A DNA stretch of 64,000 bases from a bacterium (GCA_021806615.1 JAJZRB010000003.1:2766-66765), one strand, 5' to 3'. Positions 29,686-38,481 are shown, counted from the stretch's first letter. Notes: generated by a model not told the origin, from the letters alone. Numbers and translations are program-made.

Positions 29686-29809
29686 TATTCCTTGTCATGC
29701 TTCCATCGGCCTAGTCTTATGATCTTCTGGCCTGGATTCATAGTTCGGACAATTATTTTAATCTTTGATTCATTAAATTAAAGCCCCTGGTTGTATTATC
29801 GTCCAATAT

Positions 29810-30550
29810 CTACTTTTTAATTATGCCATATGACGACCAACCCGATCTTTTATTTTTCCCAGCAACAACATTTAAGCCCATCCCTTGCAAATATTTTAAC
29901 GATTCGTCTTCAATCCGACTCACAAGAATTAATTCCTCTTTTCTTTCATCATCAGTCCAATCTTTAGGATTTTTCTGGTGCAACTCTTCATACCTTTTAT
30001 ATTTCTCTTTAATAAAATAAAAAAATAATGGGCTGATCCTAGCCTCTCCTCCGGTTTTAAGCATTCTTAATACTTCCTTTAGAGAAAAATCAAAATCTTC
30101 TTTATTCCTAGAAACAGCCGATATGGCCGGCGGCCCAGCGTGCGCGATTAGCAAATCTATAGAACTGTCCGCTATCTGAGGCACGCCTTGTCTAATATCT
30201 GCCACAATACCCCTTTTTACGTCTGGTCTCTTGGACAATACATAATCCCTCTTATCTACTGACAAAACTTCGCCAGAATCTTTGATAGTGGCCGCTCTTT
30301 CAATTATTTGCGTAGCTGAACCTAAGTCTACAACTTTTTTATTCTTTAGATCATCTAAAGTCAGCCCCAAATCATCAAGCATGTCTGTCGCCATGGTTAT
30401 TATTTCATCATCTGATAAACTATCAATATAATTAGCCATATTTTCCATTTTTTCTCTGATTTCTTCTCTCCGCCTATTCTCATTATTTTGGGACATGTTT
30501 TCTATGTTCATTTTTTTAGTATTATTTTTATTTATTTTAATAATAATCAA
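29810..30550 (-). CDS. Hypothetical protein, possible class I SAM-dependent methyltransferase fold
   Basis: VVDLGSATQ (motif I-like) and LKTGGEARI segments. Very AT-rich gene. Weak call. Confidence 0.35.
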   Translation of the reverse strand: MIIIKINKNNTKKMNIENMSQNNENRRREEIREKMENMANYIDSLSDDEIITMATDMLDDLGLTLDDLKNKKVVDLGSATQIIERAATIKDSGEVLSVDKRDYVLSKRPDVKRGIVADIRQGVPQIADSSIDLLIAHAGPPAISAVSRNKEDFDFSLKEVLRMLKTGGEARISPLFFYFIKEKYKRYEELHQKNPKDWTDDERKEELILVSRIEDESLKYLQGMGLNVVAGKNKRSGWSSYGIIKK

Positions 30551-30589
30551 CTGGCACGAGGCGGAATAGCTTAAAGACGTGAAAAATGG

Positions 30590-31795
30590 CTACTTCAAAT
30601 TTCTTATTAAAATATTCAAACCTTCCTCTAAAAGTTCCGGCGGGATGGAAAGAGGCGGCATAATCTGCATATTATCTTTGCTGCCGACAACCACATGAAG
30701 CCCGTCAGCGAAACAGGCTTTCTGGATTCTAGAACATGTCTCAGCATCTTTGAATCGGGCGCCGATTTCTAAGCCCAGCCCTCGCACATCAACCAATGCT
30801 TCTCCGATATGGGTCTTTAATCTTTCTTTGAGATAATTTCCTTTTTTCTCCGCCATTTCCCAGACCTTGTCTCTCAGATGAATCTGCAAAACCTTCAAGG
30901 ATGCGGCGCAGGCAATCGGAGCCCAGCCGAATGTCGAGACTAAGATAGATTCGGAAAAAGCTTTCTCAAATATTTCTGATTTCCCGACAACCGCCCCGAT
31001 AGCGGCGGCTCCATTGGACATGCCTTTGGCTAAAGCGATCATATCCGGAACAACACCCTCATGCTGTATGCCAAAGAGCTTGCCCGTCCGAGAAAACCCC
31101 GTGCCCACCTCATCAACGATAAGCAACGTTCCATACTTTGCAGCGAGCTCTCGTAGTTTTACCAGAAACCCCGGGTAAGCAACGAGCGTTGAACCCCAAC
31201 CGGTGATAATTCCCGGCTCCGTGATAACGGCGGCGACGTCTTCCTTGGCAAGCATTCCCTCAAGCTCTAAAAGAAATTTCTGCCAATCATCTTCGCTGAT
31301 CTTATCATGAGGAAAGGCGATAGGCGCAATGTCCGGGACTAAAGGCTCTAGCTTCGGATGTGAATTTTTAAGATATCCGATAGCTAAGGTGGCGAATAAC
31401 TGCCCGTGATATTGGGCGTTGAAGCCGATAACTTTGCTTCTACCGGTATAGACGCGAGCGACTTTAATGGCCGCCTCTACAGATTCAGTCCCGCTGGTTT
31501 CTTTAATACAGGCATCCAGCTCTTTCGGCAACGCTCCAGTCAGCGCTTTAGCATACTCCTCTTGGATTGGATCAGAACCCCAAAGAAGCCCTTGTACATT
31601 TTTCTTGGCCTGTTCAACTATCGCGTCGCTGACTTCGGGGTTATTCCAGCCTAGATTAGTTACATTCCAAGCGGATGAAAAATCAATATATCTCTTTCCG
31701 CCTCTATCCCAAATTAAAGAGCCTTCGGCTTTTGAAAGCGGGAGATAATCATATTTGCCCTTAAAATCTCGATAAACGATGCTATTTTCAATCAT
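30590..31795 (-). CDS. Class III pyridoxal-phosphate-dependent aminotransferase
   Basis: LIVDEVGTGFSRTGKLFG and ALAKGMSNG (PLP lysine) motifs; 401 aa. Confidence 0.8.
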   Translation of the reverse strand: MIENSIVYRDFKGKYDYLPLSKAEGSLIWDRGGKRYIDFSSAWNVTNLGWNNPEVSDAIVEQAKKNVQGLLWGSDPIQEEYAKALTGALPKELDACIKETSGTESVEAAIKVARVYTGRSKVIGFNAQYHGQLFATLAIGYLKNSHPKLEPLVPDIAPIAFPHDKISEDDWQKFLLELEGMLAKEDVAAVITEPGIITGWGSTLVAYPGFLVKLRELAAKYGTLLIVDEVGTGFSRTGKLFGIQHEGVVPDMIALAKGMSNGAAAIGAVVGKSEIFEKAFSESILVSTFGWAPIACAASLKVLQIHLRDKVWEMAEKKGNYLKERLKTHIGEALVDVRGLGLEIGARFKDAETCSRIQKACFADGLHVVVGSKDNMQIMPPLSIPPELLEEGLNILIRNLK

Positions 31796-31829
31796 ATTTG
31801 AGTAAATATTACGATACTAAATTATCTTG

Positions 31830-31856
31830 GCGGAGAGGGCGGAACGTAGTTGGAAC
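31830..31856 (-). repeat. Cassette-boundary repeat, tRNA-mimic half only (copy 1)
   Basis: GCGGAGAGGGCGGAACGTAGTTGGAAC, immediately after the HIT gene stop. Confidence 0.7.
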
Positions 31857-31873
31857 AGCAATCATGAATACAC

Positions 31874-32308
31874 TTAATTTAAATTTGTCTTAATAATCTT
31901 GGTAATTTCGTTTAGCTCTGCATCGGGTGACTCATCCCTGCTCCCTGGCCTGTAGAGAAACTTTCGCGGCTCATATTCGTAAACACCGCCATCTCCGGTC
32001 TTTCTTGGCACAACATGTATATGCAAATGGTCCACCGACTGCCCCGCAGTTGTTCCTTCGTTCCAGGCGATATTGAATCCTTCTGCCCCGAAAGACTTAA
32101 TAAGGCTACCTTTTAATTGAACAATGCTGTTTCTAAGCGCGCTTAATTCTTCGTTGGATAATTGATCAATCGTACTAATATGTCTTATCGGGCATATTAG
32201 TACATGCCCAGGAGTTATGGGGATATTGGTCGGAAAAACCATGATTAGGTTGTTTTGAAAGATAATTCTGGACTGTAGAGTTGTTTTATCACAGTATGGG
32301 CAAATCAT
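31874..32308 (-). CDS. HIT-family hydrolase (cassette gene)
   Basis: Histidine triad HLHIHVVPR and an N-terminal CxxC. Start moved to MICPYC (complement 32306-32308) because the track start at 32329 lies inside the intergenic repeat and its -10 box. Confidence 0.8.
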   Translation of the reverse strand: MICPYCDKTTLQSRIIFQNNLIMVFPTNIPITPGHVLICPIRHISTIDQLSNEELSALRNSIVQLKGSLIKSFGAEGFNIAWNEGTTAGQSVDHLHIHVVPRKTGDGGVYEYEPRKFLYRPGSRDESPDAELNEITKIIKTNLN

Positions 32309-32328
32309 ATAGTAATTATAACATTTCA

Positions 32329-32408
32329 TTCCAAAGCGATAAACTCCCTATTAAAAATAGCTCCCATTTAGAGCTATTTGCAAACTTCGTGGGGGGCGCT
32401 CAGAACAC
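32329..32408 (-). repeat. Cassette-boundary composite repeat (copy 2, degenerate tRNA-mimic half)
   Basis: TTCCAAAGCGATAAACTCCCTATTAAAAATAGCTCCCATTTAGAGCTATTTG, followed by CGTGGGGGGCGCTCAGAACAC. Confidence 0.65.
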
Positions 32409-32437
32409 TGCCATACTAAAGCTATGAGGTAAAAATT

Positions 32438-33118
32438 TTAACCCAATCTCCTTTTTTTACGACTAATAGTAATTTCTGTGATTTCTATTTGCTTTGGTAA
32501 TTTTAGCAAATACAAAATTATATCAGCTACATCGATGGGGTCCATCCATTCTTCTGGATTATCTATTTTCAATCCGTAATCCTTTTCATGCATTCTGGTA
32601 TTCATGCCGCCACAATGAACATATATCATTCTGCTTTTTGTTTTTGCTAATTCTAACCCGATATTATAAGAGCCTCCTCTTAGACCGTATTTAGTTGAAG
32701 TGTACGCTAATTGATCATTGAATCCGGCTTTTAAATCCGCCGTTGTGCCGATATTTAATATGTCGGCTTCATTTTTTACTATGTTATCAAATAGAAGAGA
32801 TAATAAATACAATGGAGCAATAGTATTAATTTTAAACGCTCTTTCAAATTTAGAATATGTAATTTCATTAATTTTCTCCATAGCTACAATAGCGGCGCAA
32901 TTAATAATAGCATCGAAATCATTATATTTTTCTTTTATTAAATTACTAGTATTGTTAATATCTTCTTCTATGGATAAGTCGCAAGCAAGATTAACAACGC
33001 CTGGTATGTCGCAAGCAGTCCTGCTTACATTGATCACTTCTATTTTTTCTTTTAAGCACAAACTAGCGATTGCCTTACCGAGTCCGTCGCTAGCTCCTAA
33101 TATAATAATTTTTTTCAT
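32438..33118 (-). CDS. Short-chain dehydrogenase/reductase (cassette gene)
   Basis: KKIIILGASDGLGKA cofactor motif and the YTSTK catalytic YxxxK. Confidence 0.8.
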   Translation of the reverse strand: MKKIIILGASDGLGKAIASLCLKEKIEVINVSRTACDIPGVVNLACDLSIEEDINNTSNLIKEKYNDFDAIINCAAIVAMEKINEITYSKFERAFKINTIAPLYLLSLLFDNIVKNEADILNIGTTADLKAGFNDQLAYTSTKYGLRGGSYNIGLELAKTKSRMIYVHCGGMNTRMHEKDYGLKIDNPEEWMDPIDVADIILYLLKLPKQIEITEITISRKKRRLG

Positions 33119-33154
33119 ATGTTTCTATAGCTATTTTGCTAATATTATAGCATG

Positions 33155-33238
33155 CCGTTTCAAAGCGATAAACTCCCTATTAAAAATAGCCCGTGTTTAG
33201 GGCTATTTGAACACTGCGGAGGGGGCGTAGTTGGAACG
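33155..33238 (-). repeat. Cassette-boundary composite repeat (copy 3, complete)
   Basis: CCGTTTCAAAGCGATAAACTCCCTATTAAAAATAGCCCGTGTTTAGGGCTATTTGAACACTGCGGAGGGGGCGTAGTTGGAACG. Hairpin stem at 33184-33192 / 33200-33208. Confidence 0.8.
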
Positions 33239-33241
33239 ACT

Positions 33242-33988
33242 CTATTTAGTTTGCCCAAAATCCAATAATAATGCTAAATGATCAGAAACTTCATCTGGAA
33301 GAACCTGAAATTTATTTATTTTGATGTCTTTTGATGCAAAGGCATAATCGGCGAAGGGCAATATTTCAAATTTATTATAACTACTGTTTCGAGTCGTTTT
33401 AAACCCACCATCTTTAACTAAATTTTGCAGTCGATTTTCTAATTTTAAAATTGCTTCCGTATTCATATCCAAATTAAAGTCTCCAACTAAAATTTGGGAC
33501 TTCGTGCTACCATTAATAATTTTTAACAAACGATCCGTTTGCAACTCTCTTTCTGGCGTATCTTTTTTGGAATTTCCTGGAATACCATGAAAATTATGAA
33601 TTATTAAATCATTATTTTTCAAATAAACTGATTGAATCACGCGCGGATAGTACTTATCCCCATTAGGCATCGCTAAGTGCTCGGTCTCTTGGGATGTTAA
33701 AATTTGTGCTGATTCTATTTTTTCTACTTCAATATTATTATGGATAAAAGACGCTATTCCAACACCTGGAGCCATTTCTGTAAAATAACCTACAAAATCA
33801 GGCAATATATTTTTTAAATCTTCAAAAAGATTCGTCCTTTCGGCCGCTTCTTCAGCTTGATCTAAATATTTCCCATTTCTTATCTCCTGAAAACAAAAAA
33901 AATCTACATCTTTGGATTGATGTTTTAAGAATTCTTTTAATAATTCAAATTTTATTCCGTTCCAAGCGTTTAAAGAGATTAATTTCAT
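33242..33988 (-). CDS. Endonuclease/exonuclease/phosphatase (EEP) family protein (cassette gene)
   Basis: FFCFQE near the N-terminus, GDFN, and a C-terminal SDH motif. Confidence 0.7.
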   Translation of the reverse strand: MKLISLNAWNGIKFELLKEFLKHQSKDVDFFCFQEIRNGKYLDQAEEAAERTNLFEDLKNILPDFVGYFTEMAPGVGIASFIHNNIEVEKIESAQILTSQETEHLAMPNGDKYYPRVIQSVYLKNNDLIIHNFHGIPGNSKKDTPERELQTDRLLKIINGSTKSQILVGDFNLDMNTEAILKLENRLQNLVKDGGFKTTRNSSYNKFEILPFADYAFASKDIKINKFQVLPDEVSDHLALLLDFGQTK

Positions 33989-34029
33989 ATTTGATATATT
34001 ATTCAGTTTATTCTGATATTAGCACCAAT

Positions 34030-34117
34030 CGTTCCGAAGTTCAATTCTCACTACAAAAAATAGCCCGTGTTTAGGGCTATTGAAAATCCGCGGAGAGAGT
34101 GGGGCGCAGTTGGAACG
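34030..34117 (-). repeat. Cassette-boundary composite repeat (copy 4, complete)
   Basis: CGTTCCGAAG...AAAAATAGCCCGTGTTTAGGGCTATTG...GCGGAGAGAGTGGGGCGCAGTTGGAACG. Confidence 0.8.
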
Positions 34118-34120
34118 ATT

Positions 34121-34567
34121 TTACTTTTGTCCCCAATCAATGAGCTCGGTAAATCTTAGATAAAATCCGAATGGGTCAACCATACGAAAATCTTTCCAAA
34201 TATGGCCATGGTCTTCCAGCTCTTTCAGTTCTCGCACAATATTATCTTTTAAATTATCAGAGGCTAATTTGTAAATACTTTCAATGTTATCAGTTACTAT
34301 GGTAATCTCAGTGGCATACCCACATTTCGTATCTTTGGGAAATTGCTTGAAAAAAGATTGATCATATACCCTTTCATCTCCTCCATAAAAATTTAACATC
34401 GTATTGCCTAGCCCATCTTCCCTGGTCATAGTTAAATAACCCAGGTTTTTTTCATTTAACTTATCATCCATGCTTATTTTGAAACCAAGCTTGGAATAAA
34501 AATTTTTCACTATCTCCAAATCGGGAACATGGAGCTCAATAATTAAATTGTTTTTTATTGGTTTCAT
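34121..34567 (-). CDS. VOC/glyoxalase/bleomycin-resistance-fold protein (cassette gene)
   Basis: 148 aa with a paired beta-alpha-beta-beta-beta pattern (IIELHVPDLEIVKNFYSKLGFKI ... DPFGFYLRF). Confidence 0.55.
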   Translation of the reverse strand: MKPIKNNLIIELHVPDLEIVKNFYSKLGFKISMDDKLNEKNLGYLTMTREDGLGNTMLNFYGGDERVYDQSFFKQFPKDTKCGYATEITIVTDNIESIYKLASDNLKDNIVRELKELEDHGHIWKDFRMVDPFGFYLRFTELIDWGQK

Positions 34568-34634
34568 ACAATACGGGGATTAAGAAAAAACATTTTTGTT
34601 TTTCTTGTTTTCCTTAATGTTTATAAGGCTCAAT

Positions 34635-34684
34635 CCGTTCCAAAGTTTGCGTTTTTGCGGAGAGGGCGGGACGTAGTTGGAGCG
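34635..34684 (-). repeat. Cassette-boundary repeat (copy 5, minimal form without the inner hairpin)
   Basis: CCGTTCCAAAGTTTGCGTTTTTGCGGAGAGGGCGGGACGTAGTTGGAGCG. Confidence 0.75.
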
Positions 34685-34685
34685 C

Positions 34686-35282
34686 TTATTGCTCAATAAT
34701 AACGAAATCGCCCTCCTCTAAAGCATGGATTGGCAAAGATTCATTTCCATATTTCTCCAATTTTTTATAGGCGCCTTCCCAGTCTATAGAGCCTCTAGGG
34801 TCGTCTTGCCCGTACGATGATTTATAATGAGGTATAAACTTAATGGGTAATATTCCTAAGCCATCCATACATTGACGCCAATCACTAGTCCAAAATTGTT
34901 TAACCAAGACATCTGAACCAGCAGAACTACCAGCCACAACTTTATCTTCCCATATTTCTGGTAAATTATACTGCTTTAGCCAATATAATAGTAGCTTATC
35001 GTCTCCACCATGTATTATAATGGCGTCATTATTTTTCATCTGATCAATAAATTTATCCGGAAGAGCCAATTCAAACTTTGGTTTGACGCCTTCATCCATT
35101 GTCTCCAAAAAATGATCTGCGTGCCGAGCAAATTTTTCTTCCCAATGTTCGCGAGGAACCGCAAAATAACACAATAAAATATTGGGTGTTTTACTCAATT
35201 TTTTGACTATTTCCTTATTAAATTTTTTTGCTTTTTCGGGGAAATTTTTTAGTCCGCCAGAATTAAGAATATACTTCGTCAT
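34686..35282 (-). CDS. Peptidase S51 / class I glutamine-amidotransferase-like protein (cassette gene)
   Basis: IIIHGGDDKLLLYWLKQ and AGSSAGSDVL resemble the S51 GGN-x-x-x-L and G-x-SAG motifs. Confidence 0.55.
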   Translation of the reverse strand: MTKYILNSGGLKNFPEKAKKFNKEIVKKLSKTPNILLCYFAVPREHWEEKFARHADHFLETMDEGVKPKFELALPDKFIDQMKNNDAIIIHGGDDKLLLYWLKQYNLPEIWEDKVVAGSSAGSDVLVKQFWTSDWRQCMDGLGILPIKFIPHYKSSYGQDDPRGSIDWEGAYKKLEKYGNESLPIHALEEGDFVIIEQ

Positions 35283-35312
35283 AAATATTAATTTATTTAA
35301 TTATAGCACAAA

Positions 35313-35367
35313 CCGTTCCAAAATGATAAACTCCCTATTAAAAATAGCCCATGCCTAGGGCTATTTT
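35313..35367 (-). repeat. Cassette-boundary repeat (copy 6, hairpin half only)
   Basis: CCGTTCCAAAATGATAAACTCCCTATTAAAAATAGCCCATGCCTAGGGCTATTTTT. The matching tRNA-mimic half lies on the other side of the Fic gene. Confidence 0.75.
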
Positions 35368-35421
35368 TAGTCTAATGTCTTATTATTATAGGCTCTACGC
35401 CAAAAAATTTAAATATTTGCC

Positions 35422-35448
35422 TTAATCGTATCAATATGATACGATTAA
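35422..35448. promoter_or_regulatory. Perfect 12-3-12 palindrome overlapping the first ATG of the Fic ORF (candidate operator)
   Basis: TTAATCGTATCA-ATA-TGATACGATTAA read directly at 35422-35448. Confidence 0.5.
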
Positions 35449-36530
35449 ATCATAATAATGATACGAAAAAAAATATGAAAAAAATAACAAAAAATGAACA
35501 AAATATCCTTAAATTGCTGATCGGCGGAGCTGTTTTAGCATCCTCCGCCATTCATCAGGAGATTATTAAAAATAAAGAAAATCTAGCTTTAATTACCGTT
35601 AAAAGGCTTCTGTCGCAAATGCTTAAGGCTGATTTATTAACGATAACCGGTTCGGGACGTTCCACCAAATACTCGATAAGTACCAGAGGGCGAGTTTTAG
35701 CCGATATCAAGGCACAGGAATATTGCGCCATTGAACCTGATAAAAGAACTGGCTTGCATAATTATAATTTTTCTTTGCTAGCTAAGATGCCCGAAGATAT
35801 TTTTAATCCAGAGGAATTAATGCGGCTGCAAACGGCTACCGCTGAATATCACGAACGGACTCGAGATTTGTCGGCGGTCTTGGCTAAAAAAGAATTAGAA
35901 CGATTGATTATTGAATTGTCCTGGAAATCATCTAAGATTGAAGGCAATACCTATACTCTCTTGGATACGGAAAAATTGATTTTAGAAAATAAAGAAGCGC
36001 CCGGACATGATAAAGCGGAAACGCAGATGATTCTTAACCATAAGGAGGCTTTTGATTATGTACGCCGATACGCCGGACAATTCAAAACCTTGACGCGCAA
36101 AAATCTGGAAGAATTGCATTCTTTGCTGGTAAAAGATTTAGGCGTCCAGTCGGGCTTGCGCCGAAAACCGGTCGGGGTTTTAGGTTCTATTTACCGCCCC
36201 TTGGATAACGGCCAGCAAATCGCCGAAGCGGTCGAAGCTTTAAGCCAAGCGGTCGCTAACATGACTAATCCCTACGCCAAAGCGCTCTTGGCCATTCTGG
36301 GTTTGAGCTATATCCAGCCCTTTGAAGACGGTAACAAACGGACTTCGCGCTTATTGGCCAATGCCCTGCTCTTGGCCCATGGTTGCGCGCCCTTGTCTTA
36401 TCGCAGCGTCGATGAAAATCAATACCGCGAAGCTATGCTGGTATTTTATGAATTGAACTCCTTGATACCTTTCAAGGAAATATTTATCGCTCAATATGAA
36501 TTCGCCGCTAAAAATTACGCGGTAAAATAA
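35436..36530 (+). CDS. Fic-family protein with an N-terminal winged-helix-like region and a degenerate Fic motif
   Basis: Motif QPFEDGNKRTSR at the position of the canonical HPFx(D/E)GNGRxxR. It is the only plus-strand gene in the cassette block. The real start may be the downstream MKKITK. Confidence 0.75.
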   Translation: MIRLNHNNDTKKNMKKITKNEQNILKLLIGGAVLASSAIHQEIIKNKENLALITVKRLLSQMLKADLLTITGSGRSTKYSISTRGRVLADIKAQEYCAIEPDKRTGLHNYNFSLLAKMPEDIFNPEELMRLQTATAEYHERTRDLSAVLAKKELERLIIELSWKSSKIEGNTYTLLDTEKLILENKEAPGHDKAETQMILNHKEAFDYVRRYAGQFKTLTRKNLEELHSLLVKDLGVQSGLRRKPVGVLGSIYRPLDNGQQIAEAVEALSQAVANMTNPYAKALLAILGLSYIQPFEDGNKRTSRLLANALLLAHGCAPLSYRSVDENQYREAMLVFYELNSLIPFKEIFIAQYEFAAKNYAVK

Positions 36531-36607
36531 TACTATCCCCCTTAAGTTCGAATCTGCCAACCGTCGCATATAAAAATAATCCGGCATTCGCTGGATTATT
36601 TTTATTA

Positions 36608-36624
36608 GCGGAGAGGGTGGGATT
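36608..36624 (-). repeat. 17-nt exact copy of the tRNA-Ser(UGA) 3-prime end (copy 7a)
   Basis: GCGGAGAGGGTGGGATT is identical to 61002-61018. It is preceded at about 36580-36603 by the hairpin AATAATCCGG/CTGGATTATT (G-T wobble). Confidence 0.8.
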
Positions 36625-36818
36625 TCCGCCTCATTCGCTCGCCGTCGCTCGCTCATTCGTTGCCCAGAACTTGCGTCCGACCTGCCCCCGGCAGGTCGTC
36701 CGACGCTCGCTGCAATATTCGCCTGCTGGCGAATATCTAGCTCGCTTCAAGTTTGTTCGAATCCCTTCTATCTTCCACGCATACAAAAGAAGCAGTATTT
36801 TATACTGCTTCTTTTATA

Positions 36819-36847
36819 TGCGGAGAGGGTGGGACGTAGTTGGAATG
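36819..36847 (-). repeat. Cassette-boundary repeat, tRNA-mimic half (copy 7b)
   Basis: TGCGGAGAGGGTGGGACGTAGTTGGAATG. The first 16 nt are identical to 61000-61015. Preceded by a 13-bp-stem hairpin at 36785-36815. Confidence 0.8.
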
Positions 36848-36886
36848 GTCTTAAATATTCGGGACTATTATTTTTATAATAAAACA

Positions 36887-37411
36887 TTAGATAATTAACT
36901 CATTCAAATTTTTTCGCTGTCTGGGCTTAGGTTCTTCATCTGAATAACCGCAAGGAATTATTATTATCGGGCGTAAATTTTTTGGCAAAGATAGGACACT
37001 TCTTACATCTTCTTCCACAAAAGATCCCACCCAAACCGAAGCCAATCCTTTGGCGGTAATTGCCAATTGAAGATAGGCGGCGAAAATTGTCGCGTCTTGT
37101 ACGGCATAAAGATCACTACCCCTGGTCTTAAAAACTTTTTCTGATTCCATTTGATCAGCACAAATCACAAAAAGTACTGGGGCACTTAAAACTGATTCTT
37201 GCTTAATAAAACTACGAGTAAAGGTAGCTTCTTTTAACTTTATTTTTCCGTCCTCTGTTTTGACAATTTTTATTTTATAGGCCTGTAAATTGCCGGCCGA
37301 AGGAGCTAGCTGAGCCAAATTTAAAATTTCTCGAATGGTTTCATCGGAAATTTCAGTTGATTTAAACTTTCTAATTGATTGACGATTTGCTAAAACTTGA
37401 TCGAAATCCAT
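36887..37411 (-). CDS. Nitroreductase-family protein (cassette gene)
   Basis: RQSIRKF N-terminal FMN-binding motif and PSAGNLQ; 174 aa. Confidence 0.75.
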   Translation of the reverse strand: MDFDQVLANRQSIRKFKSTEISDETIREILNLAQLAPSAGNLQAYKIKIVKTEDGKIKLKEATFTRSFIKQESVLSAPVLFVICADQMESEKVFKTRGSDLYAVQDATIFAAYLQLAITAKGLASVWVGSFVEEDVRSVLSLPKNLRPIIIIPCGYSDEEPKPRQRKNLNELII

Positions 37412-37438
37412 AAATAATACCTTTAAATTTTCTTTTGA

Positions 37439-38245
37439 TTAACTTTTGATTTCTCTAACCTTTTTTGACTTTTTTATCCTCGTACTTGCCTTTCCAATTG
37501 CGTCAGGCGTAGGGAGTTCTTCTGGCATAGTGCCCCCGAGATTAGCAATAGTATTGCGAACTTTTTGACCAACCTCGTAGTGTGCTAAATTCGCATTCAT
37601 TTGACCTTTAATATTATCACGCTTTATTTTTGCATCAGTTTGGGTAGCCCGAAACAAATTAGCGGCCAGCTCCTCGCTATTCATATGATCAAGAATTTTT
37701 TGAGATTTTGTTAATCGTTTTCTAACGTGAATATCTTGCATTGTCAGGCCGCCATACAAACCCTTATAACCATAATTCTGAAAAATAGCATAATTTTCAA
37801 CACCGGCCAACGACGCAGTTTTTGTTAAGGAGGTATTGTGTTTTTTCATTTCAGCTCGCAAAAAAACACGGTTATTATCCTCTATTAAACTATCTTTATT
37901 CTCTTGTCTTCTGGTCTGAATTGCAAAATAGGTTTGCCCCTTAGCCACCACTACTTTGGTGGGGTTTGAATTTTGCACGATTAAATAACATGCGTACCTA
38001 GAAAGATAAACGGTATCAACCGGTTTTTCCGCGCCTGAGCCGATTTCCACCATTTCGTTGGCTTCAACGAAATGGTTGTGGATAATTTCATCACTGTTTT
38101 CACAGGCTATTTTTGCCTTTTCGATCACTCCGAGAAAATTACGATAATCAGTATATTCCAATACTTTTGACAAATCTCTTGAAGACCAGTATTCCTTGCC
38201 ATTATCATCAATCCGTTTAATTGTTTCAAACACATTTTCTGACAT
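37439..38245 (-). CDS. DNA-damage-inducible protein D (DinD)-like protein
   Basis: The N-terminus FETIKRIDDNGKEYWSSRDLSKVLEYTDYRNF resembles the DinD / BRO-N-like family as I recall it. Not searched. Confidence 0.5.
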   Translation of the reverse strand: MSENVFETIKRIDDNGKEYWSSRDLSKVLEYTDYRNFLGVIEKAKIACENSDEIIHNHFVEANEMVEIGSGAEKPVDTVYLSRYACYLIVQNSNPTKVVVAKGQTYFAIQTRRQENKDSLIEDNNRVFLRAEMKKHNTSLTKTASLAGVENYAIFQNYGYKGLYGGLTMQDIHVRKRLTKSQKILDHMNSEELAANLFRATQTDAKIKRDNIKGQMNANLAHYEVGQKVRNTIANLGGTMPEELPTPDAIGKASTRIKKSKKVREIKS

Positions 38246-38454
38246 ATATTTTAAAATAATTGTTTATACTTATTGATAAAATAGCACAAAATACCTCAAA
38301 AATCAACAAAGTTGGTTAACTTTGGAACAATTATTTTATACATAAATATTAGCTAAAAAGTCGCACTATTTAATAATATTTTTGCTTACTGCCTACCCGG
38401 CTTTGGAACTTTTGAGCACCAAAAAATAAGGCTTAACCTTATTTTTGTCTTAGT

Positions 38455-38481
38455 GCGGAGAGTCCGGGACTATATCCGAAC
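38455..38481 (-). repeat. Cassette-boundary repeat, divergent tRNA-mimic half (copy 8)
   Basis: GCGGAGAGTCCGGGACTATATCCGAAC, preceded by the hairpin AAATAAGG/CCTTATTT. Lies just after the stop of the P-type ATPase gene. Confidence 0.55.

Noticed and set aside
36755-36792. T-loop-like GTTCGAATCCC, possibly a second tRNA gene
   Set aside because: I could not fold a T stem, acceptor stem or anticodon arm around it. It is at best a decayed tRNA fragment.
36351-36898. ORFs 36351..36656 (minus) and 36617..36898 (plus) spanning the GC-rich segment
   Set aside because: The first overlaps the 3-prime end of fic antisense. The second runs through repeat copies, hairpins and a terminator. Neither has a plausible start context or motif. 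The region is treated as non-coding.
31830-38481. Regularly recurring repeats considered as a possible CRISPR array
   Set aside because: The repeat spacing is 0.45-1.2 kb and each interval holds a complete gene. The repeats are degenerate and composite. No cas genes are present.
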